Shown: piece after piece, positions 48,958-60,830 of the stretch | Numbering within the stretch: position 1 is the first letter of the stretch | How the letters are laid out: each line of letters opens with the position of its first letter | Notes under the pieces: generated by a model | What the model saw: only the letters and a program-made list of their open reading frames with translations | Database searches by the model: none | Told to the model about the DNA's origin: nothing | Position numbers and translations under genes: made by a program | From: Perkinsela sp. CCAP 1560/9 | Lineage: Eukaryota > Protista > Euglenozoa: Kinetoplastea | Direction: 5' to 3' | DNA length: 64,000 nt | Assembly (NCBI GenBank): GCA_965644495.1 | Contig: CBFFSA010000004.1 | Span: 310,001 to 374,000, forward strand

Positions 48958-50463
48958 TCACCCCCGCCTCTTACTCACCCACGCCTCAAACTGCATCCCC
49001 ACACGATCCTCCGTAACCCTCGTCCTTAACGTCACCTCATCCCCCTCCCTTACCCTTAACCCACACACCTCCCCCCTTTTCTCCAGCAACTGCACCCCCT
49101 GCCCCCACTGCATATCCCGTGCCAGGTTCCCCACCGTGTCCCGTGGGTCCGTCGAGAGCACGGGCCCGACGGGCTCCCCCCCCGCCTCCTCCCCCCCCGC
49201 TGCCTCCTGGAACGCCTTCCAGTACAGCAGCACGGCGTGGGCGACCCCGGGGGCGGTGACGCGCACCGCCTCGGTGTCCCACGGGGCGCGGGGGGAGAGG
49301 GCGGCGGGGGTGGCGGAGGCGTAGTCGACGGTGAAGAGGGGGACGGGGTCGCACAGGGGGGTGTGGGGGACGTGGTTGAGGGGGAACCCGAGCTTCTTGG
49401 TGAAGACGACGCTGGAGGTGTCGCGGAGGGTGTCCATGGGGGAGAGGGAGAGGTGGAAGGGGTAGGGGGAGGGGGAGGGGGAGGGGGGGGTAGGGTTGTC
49501 GTTATTACGGTTGTGGTTGTGGATAGGGTTGTTATTGGGGTTGTTGTTGTTGTTGTGATTAGGGTTGTTGTTGTTAGGGTTGTTGTGATTAGGGTTGTTG
49601 TTGTTAGGGTTGTTGTTGTTAGGGCTGTTGTTGTGATTAGGGTCGTTGTTGTTGTTAGGGTTGTTGTTGTTGTTATTAGGGTTGTTGTTGTTGTTTGGGT
49701 TGTTGTTGTTGGGGTTGTGACCTGAGGTAGAGATGGAGGTGAGATCCTCGAGAGTGGGACAGTGTAACAAGACGGCGTACTGGCGGCCGTAACGTGGGAG
49801 GATGGTGGTGGTGGGGGGGAGGATAAGACCGCGGGAACGGAGGTCGGTAATGTAGTCCAGACTACTCTCTCCGAGGAGAAGGGTGCCGAAGAGCTCGCTG
49901 AGGAGAAGGTCGGGGGGTGAGCAGGGGTCAGGGAGGTCGTGAGGGGTGAGGTCGGTGCTCATTTTGTGAAGTACACGGATGGTGGGGGAGAGATGGTTGG
50001 CGGCAATGTTGGCGGTGGCGAGACGAGCGAGGTCGGCGCTTCCCTCGACGGCAAGAACGGTGCGAGCACCAAGTTTGGCGGCCATCATGGAGAGCAGCCC
50101 ACTGCCGGTTCCAATCTCAAGAACAGAGGTCACTCCGGGGATTATTTTGGCTCGTAAAAGGTCGTGGTAAAACGCATTCCGAGGGTGATCATTGATCATG
50201 GCATAGTGAAAGTCGTTTACGGCACTGACCAAGTCAGTGCTGACGTGACGAAGCCGAGGGGGGACGTAGAAGGAGGGGTCAAACTCGCTCTGAAAAAGTC
50301 GGCCCGAGAAGTGACCTGGGGGTGCAAACCCGATGCAAGATGGGGAATGCGAAGCCTCAGCGGAGGATTTTAATCGAGAGTTTGAAAGAGTTTTCTTTTG
50401 TGCAAATTTCTTTTTGTTTCGGGGTGCAGAGGCTGGTCGAAAAGATGCCGAAGGTGGAGGCAT
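48958..50463 (-). CDS. PRMT7: protein arginine N-methyltransferase, type III (trypanosomatid PRMT7-like) with Asn/Pro-rich insertion
   Basis: VNDFHYAMIND..RN.FY, VLEIGTGSGLLS, SELFGTLLLGES double-E loop and RDMQWGQ, as in T. brucei PRMT7. Confidence 0.9.
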   Translation of the reverse strand: MPPPSASFRPASAPRNKKKFAQKKTLSNSRLKSSAEASHSPSCIGFAPPGHFSGRLFQSEFDPSFYVPPRLRHVSTDLVSAVNDFHYAMINDHPRNAFYHDLLRAKIIPGVTSVLEIGTGSGLLSMMAAKLGARTVLAVEGSADLARLATANIAANHLSPTIRVLHKMSTDLTPHDLPDPCSPPDLLLSELFGTLLLGESSLDYITDLRSRGLILPPTTTILPRYGRQYAVLLHCPTLEDLTSISTSGHNPNNNNPNNNNNPNNNNNNPNNNNDPNHNNSPNNNNPNNNNPNHNNPNNNNPNHNNNNNPNNNPIHNHNRNNDNPTPPSPSPSPYPFHLSLSPMDTLRDTSSVVFTKKLGFPLNHVPHTPLCDPVPLFTVDYASATPAALSPRAPWDTEAVRVTAPGVAHAVLLYWKAFQEAAGGEEAGGEPVGPVLSTDPRDTVGNLARDMQWGQGVQLLEKRGEVCGLRVREGDEVTLRTRVTEDRVGMQFEAWVSKRRG

Positions 50464-51422
50464 TACTTTTTCAGACAAACAAGTAATAAGTAAGATTGGA
50501 TTCTAACAGTGTTAACAAACTCTGTATTTCCTACTTACAGTTTAACGAAACTACAGACGAAACTACTATTTTCACAGCCTCCACAAACACGCTTGTCACC
50601 GGTCCCAATCCCGGCAGGTCATGCATTGAAATATGCATGATCAGTGTGAGGGTAGGATAGCATTCAGTAAATTCTAGAATGTGAATAAATTAAAAGCTTT
50701 GTTTTCCGTATAAAGTTGTATAGCACACATCGTACCTAAACGATCATGCAAAGCAAATAGTAAACTCCACGTCTTTTTATCTCGGACCGCTACCGTTCAA
50801 GTTATATTTCTTACCAAATTATACACCCAATAATGTACACCGGCGGTAACCGCGCCTGTCACGAGGAAAAGAAGAGGAGAGAGGGCGCATTACGCCTGGC
50901 ACAGAATGGAGGTCTCAACACGCCGTGCTGCGCGTCCCGCAGCGCACGTCGATCCCGCGTGAGGCCTTGGGCAGCGGCCCTAGCATCCAGTCCCCGGGCA
51001 GCCCACTGCTCCAGGGGGCGTGCGATCCTCACCGGTTGTGTGATGTACCACGAGTGCTCACCAAGTATGCTCACCTCGCTGTGAAGATGAAATTCTCAAG
51101 GAGGTAAAATCTGTTTTTCTATTTTGAAGTTCGTTTGAAGTACGAAGCTTGAAGTACGTATCTTTTACTCGTTACGTTTTTAGTTCTTTAGTTTGAATTA
51201 TTCTCTTCTTACTAAGTAAGAATCTTACCTCCTAAGTAATGCTTAGGAGGCAAGATCTACAAGGAAGAAAGATCTGTTGTTGGATTTTGAAGTTTGTTTA
51301 AAAGTTAAAGTACGAATCTTTTATTCGGGCATTTTTAGTTGTTTAGTTTGAATGATTCTCTGCTTCCTTCTCATCTTACAATTTTTTTTGTCTGGGTCAT
51401 ATTTTATCCTGTAATTACCTAC

Positions 51423-52433
51423 ATGTACGGCATCACTAGGGACCAACTAATCGACTTTTTCCTTGAGCTTAGGCGATTAAATCCCATTGGCGTGACACAT
51501 ACAGATCTCAGACGCCTTAGCTCTTCGTTAGCTATGTGCGCTTTGAACTCCACGAGGGAGCAACTGTATGATTTACAGCCCATGTGGATAGGTCCCGAAA
51601 CAACCCCATTGTCCATCAGGACTCTGCGCGATGACTTTAGCCGCGTCGCTGAGCTTTGCCGCTCCAAGGTTCTCATGAACCCTAAGCTTCGTTTCGAGCA
51701 TGGGGTATCTTGGATGTCTGCATGGATGTACATACATGATGGACGTCACGACAATCTCATGTCGTGCAAGGAAACCGGGGGACGTATGGGACGAAGCCTC
51801 TCAGGAAATGAGAAAAAAAGATGCAACCTACTCCGGCAAGCACAGGGAACACTTTTTTAAAGTGGAGTTCTGGCTTACGCTTGCCGGAGTCCATATTTTT
51901 TTTCGTGGACCTGTTCAGGGCAGTGTACATGATGCGAGAATTTATAAAGAGGAAACCACGCACGGAACATTTCTTTTTGATCATCATGAAGATGAAATGT
52001 TTTTGGCGGATCTAGGATACGTGGGTTGCAACCACTGTTTTGTTCCATTCAAGGCACCGCGCAAAGGTTGCCTTGATGAACACCAGGATTGGTTCAACCG
52101 CATGCAATTCGCTCCAGAATCGAGCGCTGTTTTGCTCATTTCGATAAATTTCGGTTTTTTCATGGAACGGACCACGATATTACGTGGGTAAAGGATGCCG
52201 TTCAGATTGTATCTGTTGCAGTGTACGGTTTGCTTGCATCAGAACCCCAATACGACTTTGATAGTGAAATAAATGCACATTTACAAAATATCGATGACTC
52301 ATCTTTTTGTTGGTGTAGCAAAGGGTGCGGTTTCGTCAAAGCGATTGATGAACGGAGGGAGTGGCTCAAAGAACACGTATACGATGTGGGATATGTTCCC
52401 AAGAAACCACAGCATGGATCTAAAACTAAATAA
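51423..52433 (+). mobile_element. PIF/Harbinger-like (DDE_Tnp_4) transposase, frameshifted
   Basis: YSGK...K, GSVHDARI, LADLGYVG, FN..R..IERCF. Confidence 0.85.
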
Positions 52434-52687
52434 AATTAAGTATCTAGTCGTTTTCGATGAATCGCGAAATGTAAAGTACGTAGTCATATCGTCTATTATG
52501 GCTTATAATAATTTGTTATTATCGTATACATTGCGGTGGTTGTATAACTACCGCTCTACCCTCAATTATTGAAAAAAAGTGAACAAAAACAGTGAAAATA
52601 TAAAGAGGAACACAGTAATATAGTAGAAGAAAAAAATATAAAAGGGGGCCCCGGTGGTCCAGAACTGAAAAAGTAATTCAAAAAAAT

Positions 52688-52981
52688 GGGGGGTCCAGCG
52701 GGGGGTCCAGGGGGGGTCCAGCGGGGGGTCCAAGGGGGGGTCCAGGGGGGGGTCCAGGGGGGGGTCCAGGGGGGGGTCCAGGGGGGGGTCCAGGGGGGGT
52801 CCAGGGGGGGGATCCAGGGGGGGTACAGGGAGGGGTCCAGGGGTGGGCCCAGGGGGGGGTCCAGGGGTGGGTCCAGGGGGTGGGTCCAGGGGGGGTCCAG
52901 GGGAGGTCCAAGGGGGGGGCCAGGGGTGGGTCCCAGGGGTGTCCAGGGGGGAGGTCCAGGGGGGGGGATCCAGGGGGGGGG
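52688..52981. repeat. G-rich minisatellite (G5-8 TCCA)n
   Basis: about 25 units. Confidence 0.95.
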
Positions 52982-53542
52982 CGAAAACCTGGCGAAAACC
53001 GCATATTCCTCATTGACGTGGTGAAGGAAACTACTTTGTCAAAAATAGTGAAGAATCTTCATCGTGCGCTGCAAAACATTTTCGCGCCACAAAAAATGAA
53101 AATTTTGAAAAAAATATTTTTCGAAATGAACTCCCAGAAAGGGTAGCCGAGGTCTTGGTGCACATTTTCCACCCCCGTACTGAGGGACGACTCCCCCTGG
53201 TATCAACAGGACGAGGCCGCCAAGTTCGAGTTTTTCTGAAAAGAAAGTTGAGAAAAAAGTCAACTTGGCGAAAAACATGGCTTTAAAGACAGCTTTTCAA
53301 AATCGTTTCACCTATAGTAGTTTGAGAGTTTGGGACCTATACTAGCTTTCTACGCCGTTGTTTTCACAAGATACCCCTTCTTGAAGCCGTGACACGTCTC
53401 CCAAAATGACGTCCACAAAAATAGGTGTCCTTGCAAAACCCGGCAAAACTGAACAGGTTTCAAACCTCCTAATTACGGGACACTTTTGACCAAAAGGGTG
53501 TCCCTTAATTAAGATGTCCCGTAATAAAATTCCTCCCTGTAC

Positions 53543-53876
53543 TATACCCCCCCTGCTTATGAGTTCCTCCAATTCTGGTACGCTTATGAGTTCCTTTTTC
53601 TAAGGCGAGTGTTTTTGTACCAACTTTTTGCGAAACGATTTTTTTTGAACTGAACAAAAAATTATAAAATTCCCAACTACTGTACGTCAGGCTGCTGTAC
53701 ATACTTGCACACTAAGCGGACAATCTTTTTGGTGCCAGTATCATCGTAAAGGAGAGCCCGCGACGCTTCGCGCCGCGGACCCTAATTTTCGCTTTTTTAT
53801 GGCCCGATTTCTGGTCTGGTGCGCTTATGAGTTCCTTTTTCTCAAAACGAGGGAACTCATAAGCAAGGGGGGTATA
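53543..53876. mobile_element. MITE
   Basis: TATACCCCCC.TGCTTATGAGTTCC TIRs. Confidence 0.8.
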
Positions 53877-54156
53877 CATGTAGTAATATGACTTTTGCCT
53901 GATTTGATCTTGAATGTTGACATGTAAGATTGTATGGCCACGAGCTGAATGAGTACGAACACTCGGTACAAGGGAGTGCCAATTATTGCCCATGAACATG
54001 AATTGATTGAATGAAGCTAAGGAAAGCCTTCACCCAATCGTTCTACGGTTCTATCCGAAATTCTGGGCGAAGAGGTGAGTATGCAGGTGTCGCACTTGAG
54101 GTGCACCTTGCGGACTTCGATGATAAGCTTCAAAGCGCCATCGGAAAGCTGCGTCA

Positions 54157-55200
54157 ATGGCATGGAATGCTAGAGACGCACAGCAGCTAGATTGCCAGGC
54201 TAAGGTTGGGGTCCTGGAAATGTTATTAGACACTGTACAGGTGTTGATGCGAGTTGTTCCTTCCGCTCAGGACCTCTATGAAAAATTATCTTCGCCAGAT
54301 CTGACAATGAAAGAGATGCATCAGACCCTACGCGTTGCATTTTCTTCTCTTGATACTGATATTGAGACAGCTAAGCGTGCCCGTGTACAAGACTCCGAAG
54401 TTGGGTGGAGTTACGCGTTGGATTTCAGACAAATTTTTATCAATTCAGTGCCTTGCACAGGGGCTCCCAACTGTTGCTCGGTTCATACAACGTCTTGCGC
54501 TGGTCCCCGCGTGGACACCCGTTCGCGACAGGGAGAGTCGACGCATCTCTCGGTAAGTGAATTTTATAATATTATTAGTTTGGTCAAATTGGTTTCTACG
54601 GAAAGTTTCAAATTCAATTGTAAAATAAAACGGGTAATATGCAGTACAAATGTAGGTTGAAAGTGAAGTTTTTCGATATTTTTCGAATTCATTTTTTTTG
54701 AAGGAAATATGCAGGAGAAATAATTTCAATAGGAATTCGAACTTTTTTGGAAACATACTCCCTGTATTTCGGACCTTTTTCACTTTCTAAATGCTCTGTG
54801 CAACGTGTACTACTTTGGCCTATTTGCTGCCAAAGAAGGGTTTGGGTGTTTCTTGTCGTATCAAGCATCTATTGGAAACTCAAAATCAACTCTTCAAGCC
54901 TACCGCAGTGCCTTACTATTTTATCAAGAGTGTCAGGATTTCGACCTCGAGGCAGGTGAGCGCCCTTGGGCGTCAGACCGCCTCATACTTCGGGCAGTGG
55001 ACGGGGCTGCCGTGGAGGGGGAATATAACAGAAGGCGAAAATGTCCACGAGGATACGTATCAGAAGGTATGCTCCAGGAGCTTGTACAATGGCTTCAACC
55101 AGGAGTCAATGGACCGCAGCTCGCAAGAGCATTTCGTGTACAGTATTACGCTGCCCTTCGATCCTGCGAGGTGGAAAAATATGTGGAGGAGATCTACGCG
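54157..55200 (+). mobile_element. VIPER/DIRS-like retroelement fragment (gag-like + tyrosine recombinase N-half)
   Basis: STLQAYRSAL...PW...RG...YYAALRSCEV (first catalytic Arg). Confidence 0.6.
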
Positions 55201-55253
55201 GCGAAGGCTCGTGGTCGCACCTTCTCATCCGGCATGACAAAACAAAGCGATAC

Positions 55254-57103
55254 TCAACAGACAGATGCTAGGGGTAGAGATGCTAACTTGTCAACGAATC
55301 GCTGCATTTTCGGAACTTGGCCCTCTACCCATTTTTGCTCTAGGACTGGATCCCGAGCTACGTAAGCCCCCAATAATTTCTGGCCATCGTAGCTATGCGT
55401 GATCTCCGTGTCTTTGAAGGCTGAGAATTGTTCCGCTTGATGTGTACTCACCTGGCATTTGGCTTTATTTATTTTCAGACCGACTTTGGACAGCGAATTC
55501 AAAAGGAAGGAGAATGCATCCCGAACGTGTTCTGGGGCACCTAGGAGGGTGACATCGTCAAGATAGGCCTTCAGTTTCACCCGATTTGCGAAGCGCCTCA
55601 CTGTATCATCTAGGATTCATGTATTCATGAATGCCTCACATGTATCATCTAGGACATCATGTATTCCGATGGAAAAGAGGAATGTCGTTCGCCAAAGGGA
55701 TCCCCTTGGCGAACACCGCGTGTGCTCGCGACGGTGTCCTGATGCGGGAGGATGAGTCGCCCGGGCATTGTGTAGCAGAAAAAGAAGTATCCAAGTAGGG
55801 GCTTGAATTTGGCCCCGGACTTTAAGGCGCTTCGTATGCTGTCTCGATAGAGACAATCGAAGGCGTTGGCGACATCTACTGACATAAGAACATTGGATGG
55901 GTCCGCGCTGAAATCTCGGCGGGAGTTGACATGATGGCAGTCGTGAGCGGTTCCTACCCCGTACTGAGTACCACGGAAGTGATTAGGAAGGAGGTGAGAT
56001 ATCGCTTGTGTTACGAAGGAACCCGCTAGTTTCACAAATAGTTCACCCAGAGCAATTGGCCGGCACGGGGGAAGGGTCTGTTCTTCGTCGCTTTTACGGA
56101 TTAGTATAAGCTTCGAAGTTGTTAAGGCCTCACGGAGATCAGACGGTAAGGAATTTTCGACAATACCGTTAATGATCCAAAGGAGACAATGGTTCACTTC
56201 CCGGTCCTCTAATAGAGGGAAAAGAAGTTCTTTCGTCCATCCGGAGGGACCCGGAGCGGACCCACGAGCTTGCCTTCGATTGGCTTCCTTGATCGCCTCG
56301 ATTTTGACGTCAGCCCTTGGTACTGCGTCTGAGTCAGACTCCATTTTGGGTCCTCTCGGGTGTAGATGTTCCGCCACGGCCTTGGCTTGTTCTCTTGTGA
56401 GCGGCTTTCTCTCCTTGGTGTCCAGGGCTCGTGCAGCTTTGCCGATTGCCCCCACCTTTAAGAAACGTAAGGCCCGGGTGGTTGGGTCACCGTGCTGGGA
56501 CCCGAGATCGCAACGTTTTTTGATGTATTCCGGTTCGGCCTGCGTTGAGCGAAGTCGAAGTTCCTTTGCAAATTGTCTTTGAGTCAGCTTTTCGACTGGC
56601 AGAAAGAGGTAACGCTTGACTGCAGAGAGCAGCCGCCAGGCTTTAGTTTCTTTTCCGGAGAGGGTTGAGGAATCAAAGCCGGCACATATGTTTTGACACA
56701 CATCCTTCCATCCTGGCAGTTGGGGAAAAGATAATTTCCTGAAGGTGGGTCTGTGCAGGAGGCTTAGATATCGGTCCAAATGGGTTTTCCCACATGCAGC
56801 CGGTGGGCGAACAACGCTAGTGAGAGGGAAGCCTTTTGCTTCTTTCACTAACTCAGGTGTTGTCGTCTCAATGGGATTCGGATCGGACATCGAGCCCGCG
56901 TGGGTCTGGATAGTTGCGAGGTCCAACGTACCTGTAGGCGAGAACTTTTTTCCTGGGGGACGGCCTCGCTTCGTTCCTGGACCAGGATTGCTCTCGATGC
57001 CACCTCGAATGAGTTGGGTGCGCACTTGTGCCTTGGACCAGCCCGAGTTGGCGATTAGGCTTTTGGTCGGAAGGAAACAAAAAAATCCAAAAATCCAAAT
57101 CAT
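55254..57103 (-). mobile_element. CRE-clade retrotransposon ORF2 (2A-like peptide + RT), frameshifted and 3' truncated
   Basis: SAPGPSGW, RPIALGE, QYGVG, DVANAF, GVRQGDP, AYLDD, GLKIN..KC, LLG. Confidence 0.9.
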
Positions 57104-57362
57104 TCCGGATCGCTCCGGATGGTCACTGGCAAGCCAGACCCTTCACAGACAGATTTGGAAGTTCCGAGGCCGACGTCCTCTACCAGTTTCCGCTTGTCCA
57201 AGGCGGCACCAACGTGCTGTTGCCAACACGTTGCGTCGACGAACTGCACGCCAACACGGCTTACCCAAGAGGTGTAAGCCGGGTTAGGGAGCTGGTTCCC
57301 TGAGGGGAGGGTCCGGGACGGTCCTCCGAGTACTGGGCCTAGTCGGTTATCAGCCCAGCCTC

Positions 57363-59007
57363 TTAGAGTGAGGCCGCCAGGAATATTGCGATGAGTGGGT
57401 TTGAACTCGCCGTCTGAGCACCATGTGCTTCAAACTTTGAGTTCTTGCCACTCCGCCACCTCCGCTCCTTTGGTGCGCACGCCGGGAGACGAAGGAAACA
57501 CCAAACGGTGCCCATACGCTCCGAATGAAAGGCGCTCCATGCGCTACCCATCTCCACATCGATGCCTAGCTGCTCACACAGTAGTGCTGGGAGGCATTGA
57601 GGTTCGAAATTCATTGGCACACGCACCGCGTTTTTCGAGGAGTGTATTCCATAAATCTGAATCGGGTCACCCGTGTCCTCTAGATCTCCGGGGGGGGAGG
57701 TGAAGCGAGGCTACCATATTAGCAGACTCGGAGAGCCCCCCTAAGCGCAGGTTCGGTGGAAGAATAGCCCCAGAGGAACTTTCCATGAGGGCGATCATGT
57801 GTTTTCGTAGGCCAATGGCTTTGCCGACTTCGGTTTTCACCTCTTCAATCCGTGTCACAGGGCTCAAACCGTGGATACGAACCTGTCCAGATTGTTGTGG
57901 ACCTAACGAGAGAGACACTGAGATGCCAGTATCAGTAGAAAGGGGTTCCTCCAGATCCTCATCCACCTCGATGTCTTCCGGGAATTCGATATCGACCCAG
58001 TTTTTTGATCTCATCTGGTTGTTTCGAAGCCTATCTTCGCTGGAGCGCCTTTCTCGCTGCCGAAGAGCTGCCAAGCCTGCGAAGTGCCTCGCTGCTAGCT
58101 CCACTAGCTCGTCCTCCGATTCTCTTAAGAGCGCCTTGTAGGCTTTTTGCTTTGCGAAGAGCAGATATTGACCTCGTCGTGCCAAGGATTTTTGGAGTTT
58201 CACCACATGAATTTCTTTGTAGTGAGTGTCTAGTTGTAGTTTGTCGTTGAAGGTTTTGTGGCATACCGAGCACGCGTGTCCTTCGCGCTCGATGACTTCT
58301 AGAGATTTCTGGGTCCGAATGAATTCCGACGCGCACGCCTGAAGGTATGCATGCTCCAAGTTACGCCGAAGTAAAAATTCCTCGAATTCCAGCTCGATTT
58401 TCTGTGTCTCGGCTGTGTGTTGTTTAAGAGCCCTTACCCAAGGACGAGGGTCGAACACTTGTTCGGCTTCCGGGGGGATGAACTTGCTTTTTACGAGTTG
58501 CAGCCGATCGTCGAAGCTTAAGATTTGTTTGGACGGGAGGGTCCGTTTTTGCCTTAAGTTCGTTACACCGTCTGCGTTGCCGGACCGCACTGCTGATGCG
58601 TACGTCGGAGGTGTTTGGCGCTTGGGTCCGGGGTTGGGCCACGCCGAGCTTTCGCTCCGTGGGTTGATGAATGAGTTTACATTTCTTTGGGGAGTGCCTG
58701 TTCCCCGCGGGGGTCGGGAGGGTTTGAAGCCAGATCCTCGAAAACAAGGCGGGCAACAAGTGAAACTGCTGCGTCGAGGCCCAAACATAGCCTGACACTG
58801 GTCGCATTTGCGTCGCGGGTTCTCGTGGTCCTCGCGGCGTATTAGTTTGTTGCAGAGGAGATTCACTTTCTCTTTCATTTCTTCCATTCCATCCGATTCG
58901 TCTTGTGATTCAAAACATCGGAGGCAGGTGCGGTGGGTTGGCTTTTCTGGCTTGAACGTCCGGCGACAAGAGCTGCATCGTCTCTTGCCCACCTGCCAAG
59001 GAAGCAT
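57363..59007 (-). mobile_element. CRE-like element ORF1: two C4 zinc ribbons, C2H2 finger and ubiquitin-like domain
   Basis: CxxC..CxxC twice; CSVCHKTF..L..HYKEIH; continues into the 57363..57626 frame after a C8 run. Confidence 0.65.
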
Positions 59008-59027
59008 AGATGAGAGAATAAAAGAAA

Positions 59028-59080
59028 CAACAAGGTACAGAAACTGTATCTTTATCGTTAAAGACGTCTTTATCGTTAAA
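59028..59080 (-). other. spliced-leader-like exon with duplicated 5' part, 20 nt upstream of the ORF1 ATG
   Basis: TTTAACGATAAAGATACAGTTTCTGTACCTTGTTG on the minus strand. Confidence 0.8.
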
Positions 59081-59178
59081 CAGACTTTCGTACTAAGTAC
59101 GGATAGTACGGTATTAGGTACGGTACTATCGTACTAGGTAAATGTGTGTGTAGTAGACGTCAGCAATGTAATAATATA

Positions 59179-59250
59179 ATAGCGCACGCTGCGGTACAAA
59201 ATTGGTACCGTAGGGGCGTGCGTTAAGTGGGCTTTGGGGATTACAAAAAA
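59179..59250 (+). mobile_element. short 3' stub of the CRE family seen at 39095
   Basis: gcgcacgcYgcggtacaaaaYtggtaccgtaggggcgtgcgYtaa match. Confidence 0.75.
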
Positions 59251-59433
59251 CTGTAATAATGCCTTTGAAGTACAAATTGCAAATTATGCGTAGAAACCAC
59301 ACGCTCGGTGCAAGTGGTTATATACTTGTAGCTGTCGTACACACTTCGTTTATGAGAACAGCCGACTACTACTGATAAAAACGTACGCATACTACATTTT
59401 GTACATTACAGTATAATAAACTCATAGCAGGTA

Positions 59434-60195
59434 ATGAATGAGCCTGTTGATAATCTTGAATACGGAACGGTGTATGGAACCGCCTTTGCCCACCAGCCTT
59501 ATCCCATGCAACTACGGACTCTTGACCCTATCATGGTAGCAAGCCGCCTTCACCTAAAAACTCTTCATGATGTTGCAACTCAACGAAATTATATGTGGGG
59601 AAAGAAATGCATCACCGTGCTTACTAGTAGTCAAGAATTTATGCAGGCGACTAACTTTGAAGCCTTTCACGGTAAACTTGGATCAGGATCAGGATCTAAG
59701 TGGCGGGATCATCTAGTTGAGCTTTCTTCGTACGGAGTATTGCGTAGAGTACATGATTTTCGTACCGATTCTCGTCTTTATCTGCGATATTTTGAGGTTC
59801 CGAAAGATGAAGTTTCATCACGAAGCATCGTGGATGGTACTTTGATCAACGAAAGATGTGCGACTCCTCCCAGTCTAAACTGCCCTGGTCTAGCTGAGGT
59901 GATTCATGTTACATCATGCTTTCCGAGTGGATTTTTTTTGACAGCAGACATTCGCCACTTTTTCCATCAAATTCGGATCCCAACGGCTGTAGGTCGTCTC
60001 TTCTCAATAAAATGTAAGGATGAAACTTTCGAATTACAAGTTCTTCCAATCGGATTTTCGTGCGCACCCTATCTTGCGCAATGCCTTGCGTGGATAGTGG
60101 TCTTGGAAGCTTGCCCTACAGGTTATGAGATGGTACATGTCCGAAGCGCATCTGACCCACCTCCGGGGACATGTTCTTTAGGACGCCTTTTATGA
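59434..60195 (+). mobile_element. TATE/VIPER/DIRS-like reverse transcriptase fragment
   Basis: YFEVPK..R.IVD, ADIRHFFHQI, LPIGFSCAPYLAQ. Confidence 0.8.
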
Positions 60196-60321
60196 AACTG
60201 AAAATAATCTAAGATTCTAGTTAAGAAACTTATTCAACAGAATATCTAAGAGCCACTCCGCCATATTGTAGAAATCATGTCCATGTTACTAGGTCTTTAA
60301 AAATTATCATGTTGATTGCTT

Positions 60322-60830
60322 TTAAAATTCGGTGAGATTAATCTCCATTCCCAAAACGTGCGCTTCTTGCGTTGGGGCGAGAGTCATATCGTCCAAGGCC
60401 AATCTCGTACTTATCGCTCTTGATCTAAATTCTGAGCAGCGCCTCTCTAAGTCTTCTTTCGTATTTGCGTAAATGAAAAAATTGTCAACCCATGCTAGAC
60501 CTAAACCACGAACAAGACGGTTCGATGCGCGTTGCGCTATGGCCGGAGCCCATGACCAACCCATGGGCATCGAGGTGAATTGTACCGAAGAGTATGTACC
60601 GCGCGCCCGGCCTAGGTGAGCTCCAAAGAAAGGACGTATAGAGGGGTGCATTTCAAACTGGTAGAAGTAACTTTTTGCGTCTGTTTGAGTCATCCAGTTT
60701 GCGCTCAAAATCTCGCTAATAACCGTTTGAATGCGAGGTAAGTGCATATCGGGAGGCTTTTCGAACGCGCGAATTAATTTTCTGCAATCAGCCACGAGTC
60801 GAAGTCGGGCATCTTTCTTGGGGACCGTAA
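60322..60830 (-). mobile_element. TATE-like reverse transcriptase core
   Basis: FTVPKKD.RLRL, DAKSYFYQF, MPMGWSWAP, AWVDNF. Confidence 0.85.

Noticed and set aside
52678-53146. Pro/Gly-rich ORFs
   Set aside because: Translation of a G-rich minisatellite
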